From the human T2T-CHM13v2.0 reference genome, Homo sapiens: 64,000 nucleotides of DNA. Positions 28,116-41,800 of this stretch are shown in pieces. Where the stretch lies: assembly GCF_009914755.1 (NCBI RefSeq), contig NC_060946.1; one strand, 5' to 3'. The translations under genes were made by a program, and so were the position numbers. The notes below the pieces were generated by a model, which was given only the letters and a program-made list of their open reading frames with translations, had not been told where the DNA came from and searched no databases. The stretch's first letter is position 1. The number at the start of each line of letters is the position of its first letter.

Positions 28116-31100
28116 GTACTGATCATCCAGGTGATGGAGCTTTTGTCTAGGCTCTGGCTAAGGGGGCATTGTGACATATTTCTGCATTGATCACCCAGGT
28201 GGCGAACTCTTCTCTCGGATCTGCCTATGGGGGCATTGTGAGAAATCTCTGCACTGATCACCCAGGTGATGTAACTGTTGTGTAACCTCTGCCTACAGGG
28301 GAATTGTGAGAGATCTCGTCACTGATTACACAAGTGATGTAACCGTTGTCTAGGCTTTGCATACAGGGGGCTTTGTGACATACCTTTGCACTGATCACTC
28401 AGGTGATGTAACACATCTAAGTTCGGCCTAAAGGAGCTTTGTGACATACCTCTGCACTGATCACTTAGGTGATGTAACACTTTTATAATCACTGCCTACA
28501 GGGAATTTTGACAAATCTCTGCACTGATCACCTAGGTGATGTAACTCTTGTCTACCCTCTGTCCAACTTGACATTGTGAAATATCTCTGCACTGATCACC
28601 CAGGTGATTCAACTCTTGTCTAGGAACTGCCGACAGAGGTTATTGTGAAATATCTCTGCACTGATAAACTAGGTGGTGTAACCCTTGTCCAAGCTCTGCC
28701 TACAGGGGCGTTTCCACATATCCCTGAACTGATGACAGAGGTGATGTAACTCTTGCCTAGGCTTTGCCTACAGGGAACATTGGACATATATCTGCACTGA
28801 TCACCCAGGTGATGCAACTCTTGCCTAGGCTTTGCCTACAGGGGACATTGTGACATATCTCTTCAATGATCACTCATGTGATGCATCTCTTGCCTAGGCT
28901 TTGCCTACAGGGGACATTGTGACATATCTCTGCACTGATCTCCCAGGTGCTGTAACTTTAGTCTAGGCTCTGGCTACACGGCATTGTGACATATCACTGC
29001 ACTGATCAACCAGGTGATATAACTCTTGTATAGGCTCTGCCTACAGGGGGATTGTGACCTACCTCTGCACTGATCACCCAGGGGATATAACTCTTCTCTA
29101 GCACCTTCCTACAGGGTACTTTGTGACATATCCCTGCATTGATCACCCAGGTGATCTATCTCTGGTCTAAGCTCTGCCTAAAGGGGCATTGTGACAGATC
29201 TCTGCACTGATCACTCAGGTGATGTAAGTATTGTCTAGGCTCTGCTTCAAGGGGCCTTGTCACATATCCCTGCACTGATCACCCAGGTGATGTAACTCTT
29301 GTCTAGGCTCTGCTTCCAGGGCATATTGTGACATATCTATGCACTGATCACCTTAGTGATGTAACACTTTGGTAGGCTCGGCCTACAGGGGAATCTTGAC
29401 ATATCTCTGCACTGTTAACCGAGGTGATTTAACTCTTGTCTAGGCTGTGCCCACAGGGGGATTGAGACATATCTCTGCACTGATCCCGAGGTGATACAAC
29501 TCTTGCCTGGTCTCTGCCTACTGTGGACATTGTGACATATCTCTGCACTGATCTCCCAGGTGCTGTAACTTTAGTCTAGGCTCTGGCTACACGGCATTGT
29601 GACATATCACTGCACTGATCACCCAGGTGATATAACTCTTCTCTAGGATCTGACCACAGGGTGCTTTGTGACATATCCCTGCAATGATCACCCAGGTGAT
29701 ATACCACTTGCCAAGGCTCTGCCTACAGGGGCATTGCAATGTATCTCTGCACTGATCACCTAGGTCTTGTAGCTATTTTCTAGGATCTGCCTACAGGGTG
29801 CTTTGTGACGTGTCCCAGCAAGGATTACCCAGGTGATGTACCTCTCATCAAGGCTCTGCCTACAGGCACATTGTGATGTATCTCTGCACTGATCACCTAG
29901 GTCATGTAAATTTTGTCTAGGCTCTACCTACGATGGCATTGTGACATATCTCTGCACTAATCATCCAAGTGATGTAACTCTTGTCTAGGATGTGCCTAAA
30001 TTAACTTTTTGACATAACCCTGTACTGATCATCGAGGTGATGGAGCTTTTGTCTAGGCTCTGCCTAAGGGGGCATTGTGACATATTTCTGCATTGATCAC
30101 CCAGGTGGCGAACTCTTCTCTCGGATCTGCCTATGGGGGCATTGTGAGAAATCTCTGCACTGATCACCCAGGTGATGTAACTGTTGTGTAAACTCTGCCT
30201 ACAGGGGAATTGTGAGAGATCTCGACACTGATTACCCAAGTGATGTAACCGTTGTCTAGGCTTTCATACAGGGGGCTTTGTGACATACCTTTGCACTGAT
30301 CACCCAGGTGATGTAACACATCTAAGTTCGGCCTAAAGGAGCTTTGTGACATATCTCTGCACTGATCGCTTAGGTGATGTAACACTTTTATAATCACTGC
30401 CTACAGGGAATTTTGACAAACCTCTGCACTGATCACCTAGGTGATGTAACTCTTGTCTACCCTCTGTCCAACGGGGCATTGTGAAATATCTCTGCACTGA
30501 TCACCCAGGTGATTCAACTCTTGACTAGGAACTGCCTACAGAGGTTATTGTGAAATATCTCTGCACTGATAAACTAGGTGGTGTAACCCTTGTCCAAGCT
30601 CTGCCTACAGGGGCGTTTCCACATATCCCTGAACTGATGACAGAGGTGATGTAACTCTTGCCTAGGCTTTGCCTACAGGGAACATTGGACATATATCTGC
30701 ACTGATCACCCAGGTGATGCAACTCTTGCCTAGGCTTTGCCTACAGGGGACATTGTGACATATCTCTTCAATGATCACTCATGTGATGCATCTCTTCCCT
30801 AGGCTTTGCCTACAGGGGACATTGTGACATATCTCTGCACTGATCTCCCAGGTGCTGTAACTTTAGTCTAGGCTCTGGCTACACGGCATTGTTACATATC
30901 ACTGCACTGATCAACCAGGTGATATAACTCTTGTATAGGCTCTGCCTACAGGGGGATTGTGACCTACCTCTGCACTGATCACCCAGGTGATATAACTCTT
31001 CTCTAGGATCTTCCTACAGGGTACTTTGTGACATATCCCTGCACTGATCACCCAGGTGATCTATCTCTGGTCTAAGCTCTGCCTAAAGGGGCATTGTGAC

Positions 31101-34100
31101 AGATCTCTGCACTGATCACTCAGGTGATGTAAGTATTGTCTAGGCTCTGCTTCAAGGGGCCTTTTCACATATCCCTGCACTGATCACCCAGGTGATGTAA
31201 CTCTTGTCTAGGCTCTGCTTCCAGGGCATATTGTGACATATCTATGCACTGATCACCTTAGTGATGTAACACTTTGGTAGGCTCGGCCTACAGGGGAATC
31301 TTGACATATCTCTGCACTGTTAACCGAGGTGATTTAACACTTGTCTAGGCTGTGCCCACAGGGGGATTGAGATATATCTCTGCACTGATCCCGAGGTGAT
31401 ACGACTCTTGCCTGGTGTCTGCCTACTGTGGACATTGTGACATATCTCTGCACTGATCTCCCAGGTGCTGTAACTTTAGTCAAGGCTCTGGCTACACGGC
31501 ATTGTGACATATCACTGCACTGATCACCCAGGCGGTATAACTCTTCTCTAGGATCTGACCACATTGTGCTTTGTGACATATCCCTGCAATGATCACCCAG
31601 GTGATATACCACTTGCCAAGGCTCTGCCTACAGGGGCATTGCAATGTATCTCTGCACTGATCACCTAGGTCTTGTAGCTATTTTCTAGGATCTGCCTACA
31701 TGGTGCTTTGTGACGTGTCCCAGCAAGGATTACCCAGGTGATGTACCTCTCATCAAGGCTCTGCCTACAGGCACATTGTGATGTATCTCTGCACTGATCA
31801 CCTAGGTCATGTAAATTTTGTCTAGGCTCTACCTACGATGGCATTGTGACATATCTCTGCACTAATCATCCAAGTGATGTAACTCTGGTCTAGGATGTGC
31901 CTAAATTAACTTTTTGACATAACCCTGTACTGATCATCCAGGTGATGCAGCTTTTGTCTAGGCTCTGCCTAAGGGGGCATTGTGACATATTTCTGCATTG
32001 ATCACCCAGGTGGCGAACTCTTCTCTCGGATCTGCCTATGGGGGCATTGTGAGAAATCTCTGCACTGATCACCCAGGTGATGTAACTGTTGTGTTAACTC
32101 TGCCTACAGGGGAATTGTGAGAGATCTCGCCACTGATTACCCAAGTGATGTAACCGTTGTCTAGGCTTTGCGTACAGGGGGCTTTGTGACATACCTTTGC
32201 ACTGATCACCCAGGTGATGTAACACATCTAAGTTCGGCCTAAAGGAGCTTTGTGACATATCTCTGCACTGATCGCTTAGGTGATGTAACACTTTTATAAT
32301 CACTGCCTACAGGGAATTTTGACAAATCTCTGCACTGATCACCTAGGTGATGTAACTCTTGTCTACCCTCTGTCCAACGGGGCATTGTGAAATATCTCTG
32401 CACTGATCACCCAGGTGATTCAACTCTTGACTAGGAACTGCCTACAGAGGTTATTGTGAAATATCTCTGCACTGATAAACTAGGTGGTGTAACCCTTGTC
32501 CAAGCTCTGCCTACAGGGGCGTTTCCACATATCCCTGAACTGATGACAGAGGTGATGTAACTCTTGCCTAGGCTTTGCCTACAGGGAACATTGGACATAT
32601 ATCTGCACTGATCACCCAGGTGATGCAACTCTTGCCTAGGCTTTGCCTACAGGGGACATTGTGACATATCTCTTCAATGATCACTCATGTGATGCATCTC
32701 TTGCCTAGGGTTTGCCTACAGGGGACATTGTGACATATCTCTGCACTGATCTCCCAGGTGCTGTAACTTTAGTCTAGGCTCTGGCTACACGGCATTGTGA
32801 CATATCACTGCACTGATCAACCAGGTGATATAACTCTTGTATAGGCTCTGCCTACAGGGGGATTGTGACCTACCTCTGCACTGATCACCCAGGTGATATA
32901 ACTGTTCTCTAGCACCTTCCTACAGGGTACTTTGTGACATATCCCTGCATTGATCACCCAGGTGATCTATCTCTGCTCTAAGCTCTGCCTAAAGGGGCAT
33001 TGTGACAGATCTCTGCACTGATCACTCAGGTGATGTAAGTATTGTCTAGGCTCTGCTTCAAGGGGCCTTGTCACATATCTCTGCACTGATCACCCAGGTG
33101 ATGTAACTCTTGTCTAGGCTCTGCTTCCAGGGCATATTGTGACATATCTATGCACTGATCACCTTAGTGATGTAACACTTTGGTAGGCTCGTCCACAGGA
33201 GAATCTTGACATATCTCTGCACTGTTAACCGAGGTGATTTAACTCTTGTCTAGGCTGTGCCCACAGGGGGATTGAGACATATCTCTGCACTGATCCCGAG
33301 GTGATACAACTCTTGCCTGGTCTCTGCCTACTGTGGACATTGTGACATATCTCTGCACTGATCTCCCAGGTGCTGTAACTTTAGTCTAGGCTCTGGCTAC
33401 ACGGCATTGTGACATATCACTGCACTGATCACCCAGGCGATATAACTCTTCTCTAGGATCTGACCACAGGGTGCTTTGTGACATAACCCTGCAATGATCA
33501 CCCAGGTGATATACCACTTGCCAAGGCTCTGCCTACAGGGGCATTGCAATGTATCTCTGCACTGATCACCTAGGTCTTGTAGCTATTTTCTAGGATCTGC
33601 CTACAGGGTGCTTTGTGACGTGTCCCAGCAAGGATTACCCAGGTGATGTACCTCTCATCAAGGCTCTGCCTACAGGCACATTGTGATGTATCTCTGCACT
33701 GATCACCTAGGTCATGTAACTTTTGTCTAGGCTCTGCCTACGATGGCATTGTGACATATCTCTGCACTAATCATCCAAGTGATGTAACTCTTGTCTAGGA
33801 TGTGCCTAAATTAACTTTTTGACATAACCCTGTACTGATCATCCAGGTGATGGAGCTTTTGTCTAGGCTCTGCCTAAGGGGGCATTGTGACATATTTCTG
33901 CATTGATCACCCAGGTGGCGAACTCTTCTCTCGGATCTGCCTATGGGGGCATTGTGAGAAATCTCTGCACTGATCACCCAGGTGATGTAACTGTTGTGTA
34001 ACCTCTGCCTACAGGGGAATTGTGAGAGATCTCGTCACTGATTACCCAAGTGATATAACCGTTGTCTAGGCTTTGCATACAGGGGGCTTTGTGACATACC

Positions 34101-35814
34101 TTTGCACTGATCACTCAGGTGATGTAACACATCTAAGTTCGGCCTAAAGGAGCTTTGTGACATACCTCTGCACTGATCACTTAGGTGATGTAACACTTTT
34201 ATAATCACTGCCTACAGGGAATTTTGACAAATCTCTGCACTGATCACCTAGGTGATGTAACTCTTGTCTACCCTCTGTCCAACGGGGCATTGTGAAATAT
34301 CTCTGCACTGATCACCCAGGTGATTCAACTCTTGACTAGGAACTGCCTACAGAGTTTATTGTGAAATATCTCTGCACTGATAAACAAGGTGGTGTAACCC
34401 TTGTCCAAGCTCTGCCTACAGGGGCGTTTCCACATATCCCTGAACTGATGACAGAGGTGATGTAACTCTTGCCTAGGCTTTGCCTACAGGGAACATTGGA
34501 CATATATCTGCACTGATCACCCAGGTGATGCAACTCTTGCCTAGGCTTTGCCTACAGGGGACATTGTGACATATCTCTTCAATGATCACTCATGTGATGC
34601 ATCTCTTGCCTAGGCTTTGCCTACAGGGGACATTGTGACATATCTCTGCACTGATCTCCCAGGTGCTGTAACTTTATTCTAGGCTCTGGCTACACGGCAT
34701 TGTGACATATCACTGCACTGATCAACCAGGTGATATAACTCTTGTATAGGCTCTGCCTACAGGGGGATTGTGACCTACCTCTGCACTGATCACCCAGGGG
34801 ATATAACTCTTCTCTAGCACCTTCCTACAGGGTACTTTGTGACATATCCCTGCATTGATCACCCAGGTGATCTATCTCTGGTCTAAGCTCTGCCTAAAGG
34901 GGCATTGTGACAGATCTCTGCACTGATCACTCAGGTGATGTAAGTATTGTCTAGGCTCTGCTTCAAGGGGCCTTGTCACATATCCCTGCACTGATCACCC
35001 AGGTGATGTAACTCTTGTCTAGGCTCTGCTTCCAGGGCATATTGTGACATATCTATGCACTGATCACCTTAGTGATGTAACACTTTGGTAGGCTCGGCCT
35101 ACAGGGGAATCTTGACATATCTCTGCACTGTTAACCGAGGTGATTTAACTCTTGTCTAGGCTGTGCCCACAGGGGGATTGAGACATATCTCTGCACTGAT
35201 CCCGAGGTGATACAACTCTTGCCTGGTCTCTGCCTACTGTGGACATTGTGACATATCTCTGCACTGATCTCCCAGGTGCTGTAACTTTAGTCTAGGCTCT
35301 GGCTACACGGCATTGTGACATATCACTGCACTGATCACCCAGGCGATATAACTCTTCTCTAGGATCTGACCACAGGGTGCTTTGTGACATATCCCTGCAA
35401 TGATCACCCAGGTGATATACCACTTGCCAAGGCTCTGCCTACAGGGGCATTGCAGTGTATCTCTGCACTGATCACCTAGGTCTTGTAGCTATTTTCTAGG
35501 ATCTGCCTACAGGGTGCTTTGTGACGTGTCCCAGCAAGGATTACCCAGGTGATGTACCTCTCATCAAGGCTCTGCCTACAGGCACATTGTGATGTATCTC
35601 TGCACTGATCACCTAGGTCATGTAAATTTTGTCTAGGCTCTACCTACGATGGCATTGTGACATATCTCTGCACTAATCATCCAAGTGATGTAACTCTTGT
35701 CTAGGATGTGCCTAAATTAACTTTTTGACATAACCCTGTACTGATCATCCAGGTGATGGAGCTTTTGTCTAGGCTCTGCCTAAGGGGGCATTGTGACATT
35801 TTTCTGCATTGATC

Positions 35815-38800
35815 CCCCAGGTGGCGAACTCTTCTCTCGGATCTGCCTATGGGGGCATTGTGAGAAATCTCTGCACTGATCACCCAGGTGATGTAACTGT
35901 TGTGTAACCTCTGCCTACAGGGGAATTGTGAGAGATCTCGCCACTGATTACCCAAGTGATGTAACCGTTGTCTAGGCTTTGCGTACAGGGGGCTTTGTGA
36001 CATACCTTTGCACTGATCACCCAGGTGATGTAACACATCCAAATTCGGCCTAAAGGAGCTTTGTGACATATCTCTGCACTGATCGCTTAGGTGATGTAAC
36101 ACTTTTATAATCATTGCCTACAGGGAATTTTGACAAATCTCTGCACTGATCACCTAGGTGATGTAACTCTTGTCTACCCTCTGTCCAACGGGGCATTGTG
36201 AAATATCTCTGCACTGATCACCCAGGTGATTCAACTCTTGACTAGGAACTGCCTACAGAGGTAACTGTGAAATATCTCTGCACTGATAAACTAGGTGGTG
36301 TAACCCTTGTCAAAGCTCTGCCTACAGGGGCGTTTCCACATATCCCTGAACTGATGACAGAGGTGATGTAACTCTTGCCTAGGCTTTGCCTATAGGGAAC
36401 ATTGGACCTATATCTGCACTGATCACCCAGGTGATGCAACTCTTGCCTAGGCTTTGCCTACAGGGGACATTGTGACATATCTCTTCAATGATCACTCATG
36501 TGATGCATCTCTTGCCTAGGCTTTGCCTACAGGGGACATTGTGACATATCTCTGCACTGATCTCCCAGGTGCTGTAACTTTAGTCTAGGCTCTGGCTACA
36601 CGGCATTGTGACATATCACTGCACTGATCAACCAGGTGATAAAACTCTTGTATAGGCTCTGCCTACAGGGGGATTGTGACCTACCTCTGCACTGATCACC
36701 CAGGTGATATAACTCTTCTCTAGTATCTTCCTACAGGGTACTTTGTGACATATCCCTGCACTGATCACCCAGGTGATCTATCTCTGGTCTAAGCTCTGCC
36801 TAAAGGGGCATTGTGACAGATCTCTGCACTGATCACTCAGGTGATGTAAGTATTGCTAGGCTCTGCTTCAAGGGGCCTTGTCACATATCTCTGCACTGAT
36901 CACCCAGGTGATGTAACTCTTGTCTAGGCTCTGCTTCCAGGGCATATTGTGACATATCTATGCACTGATCACCTTAGTGATGTAACACTTTGGTAGGCTC
37001 GGCCTACAGGGGAATCTTGACATATCTCTGCACTGTTAACCGAGGTGATTTAACTCTTGTCTAGGTTGTGCCCACAGGGGGATTGAGACATATCTCTGCA
37101 CTGATCCCGAGGTGATACAACTCTTGCCTGGTCTCTGCCTACTGTGGAAATTGTGACATATCTCTGCACTGATCTCCCAGGTGCTGTAACTTTAGTCTAG
37201 GCTCTGGCTACACGGCATTGTGACATATCACTGCACTGATCACCCAGGCGATATAACTCTTCTCTAGGATCTGACCACAGGGTGCTTTGTGACATATCCC
37301 TGCAATGATCACCCAGGTGATATACCACTTGCCAAGGCTCTGCCTACAGGGGCATTGCAATGTATCTCTGCACTGATCACCTAGGTCTTGTAGATATTTT
37401 CTAGGATCTGCCTACAGGGTGCTTTGTGACGTGTCCCAGCAAGGATTACCCAGGTGATGTACCTCTCATCAAGGCTCTGCCTACAGGCACATTGTGATGT
37501 ATCTCTGCACTGATCACCTAGGTCATGTAAATTTTGTCTAGGCTCTACCTACGATGGCATTGTGACATATCTCTGCACTAATCATCCAAGTGATGTAACT
37601 CTGGTCTAGGATGTGCCTAAATTAACTTTTTGACATAACCCTGTACTGATCATCCAGGTGATGGAGCTTTTGTCTAGGCTCTGCCTAAGGGGGCATTGTG
37701 ACATATTTCTGCATTGATCCCCCAGGTGGCGAACTCTTCTCTCGGATCTGCCTATGGGGGCATTGTGAGAAATCTCTGCACTGATCACCCAGGTGATGTA
37801 ACTGTTGTGTAACCTCTGCCTACAGGGGAATTGTGAGAGATCTCGCCACTGATTACCCAAGTGATGTAACCGTTGTCTAGGCTTTGCGTACAGGGGGCTT
37901 TGTGACATACCTTTGCACTGATCACCCAGGTGATGTAACACATCCAAGTTCGGCCTAAAGGAGCATTGTGACATATCTCTGCACTGATCGCTTAGGTGAT
38001 GTAACACTTTTATAATCATTGCCTACAGGGAATTTTGACAAATCTCTGCACTGATCACCTAGGTGATGTAACTCTTGTCTACCCTCTGTCCAACGGGGCA
38101 TTGTGAAATATCTCTGCACTGATCACCCTGGTGATTCAACTCTTGACTAGGAACTGCCTACAGAGGTAACTGTGAAATATCTCTGCACTGATAAACTAGG
38201 TGGTGTAACCCTTGTCAAAGCTCTGCCTACAGGGGCGTTTCCACATATCCCTGAACTGATGACAGAGGTGATGTAACTCTTGCCTAGGCTTTGCCTACAG
38301 GGAACATTGGACCTATATCTGCACTGATCACCCAGGTGATGCAACTCTTGCCTAGGCTTTGCCTACAGGGGACATTGTGACATATCTCTTCAATGATCAC
38401 TCATGTGATGCATCTCTTGCCTAGGCTTTGCCTACAGGGGACATTGTGACATATCTCTGCACTGATCTCCCAGGTGCTGTAACTTTAGTCTAGGCTCTGG
38501 CTACACGGCATTGTGACATATCACTGCACTGATCAACCAGGTGATAAAACTCTTGTATAGGCTCTGCCTACAGGGGGATTGTAACCTACCTCTGCACTGA
38601 TCACCCAGGTGATATAACTCTTCTCTAGGATCTTCCTACAGGGTACTTTGTGACATATCCCTGCACTGATCACCCAGGTGATCTATCTCTGGTCTAAGCT
38701 CTGCCTAAAGGGGCATTGTGACAGATCTCTGCACTGATCACTCAGGTGATGTAAGTATTGTCTAGGCTCTGCTTCAAGGGGCCTTGTCACATATCTCTGC

Positions 38801-41800
38801 ACTGATCACCCAGGTGATGTAACTCTTGTCTAGGCTCTGCTTCCAGGGCATATTGTGACATATCTATGCACTGATCACCTTAGTGATGTAACACTTTGGT
38901 AGGCTCGGCCTACAGGGGAATCTTGACATATCTCTGCACTGTTAACCGAGGTGATTTAACTCTTGTCTAGGTTGTGCCCACAGGGGGATTGAGACATATC
39001 TCTGCACTGATCCCGAGGTGATACAACTCTTGCCTGGTCTCTGCCTACTGTGGAAATTGTGACATATCTCTGCACTGATCTCCCAGGTGCTGTAACTTTA
39101 GTCTAGGCTCTGGCTACACGGCATTGTGACATATCACTGCACTGATCACCCAGGCGATATAACTCTTCTCTAGGATCTGACCACAGGGTGCTTTGTGACA
39201 TATCCCTGCAATGATCACCCAGGTGATATACCACTTGCCAAGGCTCTGCCTACAGGGGCATTGCAATGTATCTCTGCACTGATCACCTAGGTCTTGTAGA
39301 TATTTTCTAGGATCTGCCTACAGGGTGCTTTGTGACGTGTCCCAGCAAGGATTACCCAGGTGATGTACCTCTCATCAAGGCTCTGCCTACAGGCACATTG
39401 TGATGTATCTCTGCACTGATCACCTAGGTCATGTAAATTTTGTCTAGGCTCTACCTACGATGGCATTGTGACATATCTCTGCACTAATCATCCAAGTGAT
39501 GTAACTCTGGTCTAGGATGTGCCTAAATTAACTTTTTGACATAACCCTGTACTGATCATCCAGGTGATGGAGCTTTTGTCTAGGCTCTGCCTAAGGGGGC
39601 ATTGTGACATATTTCTGCATTGATCCCCCAGGTGGCGAACTCTTCTCTCGGATCTGCCTATGGGGGCATTGTGAGAAATCTCTGCACTGATCACCCAGGT
39701 GATGTAACTGTTGTGTAACCTCTGCCTACAGGGGAATTGTGAGAGATCTCGCCACTGATTACCCAAGTGATGTAACCGTTGTCTAGGCTTTGCGTACAGG
39801 GGGCTTTGTGACATACCTTTGCACTGATCACCCAGGTGATGTAACACATCCAAGTTCGGCCTAAAGGAGCATTGTGACATATCTCTGCACTGATCGCTTA
39901 GGTGATGTAACACTTTTATAATCATTGCCTACAGGGAATTTTGACAAATCTCTGCACTGATCACCTAGGTGATGTAACTCTTGTCTACCCTCTGTCCAAC
40001 GGGGCATTGTGAAATATCTCTGCACTGATCACCCAGGTGATTCAACTCTTGACTAGGAACTGCCTACAGAGGTAACTGTGAAATATCTCTGCACTGATAA
40101 ACTAGGTGGTGTAACCCTTGTCAAAGCTCTGCCTACAGGGGCGTTTCCACATATCCCTGAACTGATGACAGAGGTGATGTAACTCTTGCCTAGGCTTTGC
40201 CTACAGGGAACATTGGACCTATATCTGCACTGATCACCCAGGTGATGCAACTCTTGCCTAGGCTTTGCCTACAGGGGACATTGTGACATATCTCTTCAAT
40301 GATCACTCATGTGATGCATCTCTTGCCTAGGCTTTGCCTACAGGGGACATTGTGACATATCTCTGCACTGATCTCCCAGGTGCTGTAACTTTAGTCTAGG
40401 CTCTGGCTACACGGCATTGTGACATATCACTGCACTGATCAACCAGGTGATAAAACTCTTGTATAGGCTCTGCCTACAGGGGGATTGTGACCTACCTCTG
40501 CACTGATCACCCAGGTGATATAACTCTTCTCTAGGATCTTCCTACAGGGTACTTTGTGACATATCCCTGCACTGATCACCCAGGTGATCTATCTCTGGTC
40601 TAAGCTCTGCCTAAAGGGGCATTGTGACAGATCTCTGCACTGATCACTCAGGTGATGTAAGTATTGTCTAGGCTCTGCTTCAAGGGGCCTTGTCACATAT
40701 CTCTGCACTGATCACCCAGGTGATGTAACTCTTGTCTAGGCTCTGCTTCCAGGGCATATTGTGACATATCTATGCACTGATCACCTCAGTGATGTAACAC
40801 TTTGGTAGGCTCGGCCTACAGGGGAATCTTGACATATCTCTGCACTGTTAACCGAGGTGATTTAACTCTTCTCTAGGTTGTGCCCACAGGGGGATTGAGA
40901 TATATCTCTGCACTGATCGCGAGGTGATACAACTCTTGCCTGGTCTCTGCCTACTGTGGACATTGTGACATATCTCTGCACTGATCTCCCAGGTGCTGTA
41001 ACTTTAGTCTAGGCTCTGGCTACACAGCATTGTGACATATCACTGCACTGAACACCCAGGCGATATAACTCTTCTCTAGGATCTGACCACAGGGTGCTTT
41101 GTGACATATCCCTGCAATGATCACCCAGGTGATATACCACTTGCCAAGGCTCTGCCTACAGGGGCATTGCAATGTATCTCTGCACTGATCACCTAGGTCT
41201 TGTAGATATTTTCTAGGATCTGCCTACAGGGTGCTTTGTGACGTGTCCCAGCAAGGATTACCCAGGTGATGTACCTCTCATCAAGGCTCTGCCTACAGGC
41301 ACATTGTGATGTATCTCTGCACTGATCACCTAGGTCATGTAAATTTTGTCTAGGCTCTACCTACGATGGCATTGTGACATATCTCTGCACTAATCATCCA
41401 AGTGATGTAACTCTTGTCTAGGATGTGCCTAAATTAACTTTTTGACATAACCCTGTACTGATCATCCAGGTGATGGAGCTTTTGTCTAGGCTCTGCCTAA
41501 GGGGGCATTGTGACATATTTCTGCATTGATCACCCAGGTGGCGAACTCTTCTCTCGGATCTGCCTATGGGGGCATTGTGAGAAATCTCTGCACTGATCAC
41601 CCAGGTGATGTAACTGTTGTGTAACCTCTGCCTACAGGGGAATTGTGAGAGATCTCGCCACTGATTACCCAAGTGATGTAACCGTTGTCTAGGCTTTGCG
41701 TACAGGGGGCTTTGTGACATACCTTTGCACTGATCACCCAGGTGATGTAACACATCTAAGTTCGGCCTAAAGGAGCTTTGTGACATATCTCTGCACTGAT

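Larger units (their letters stand above)
1..35000 (+). repeat. Left HOR domain (U1-U19) made of haplotypes A/B/C/D
   Basis: A: m5 TAGGGTTTG (316), m12 GTCCAC 1-bp deletion (~797). B: m1 AGAGTTTATT (1961), m2 AAACAAGG, m10 GATGGAAG. C: m1 GCCGACAG (3860), m8 CAGGGGAT. D: m5 CTTCCCTA (7931), m8 GGATCTTCC. Right boundary is approximate. Confidence 0.8.
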
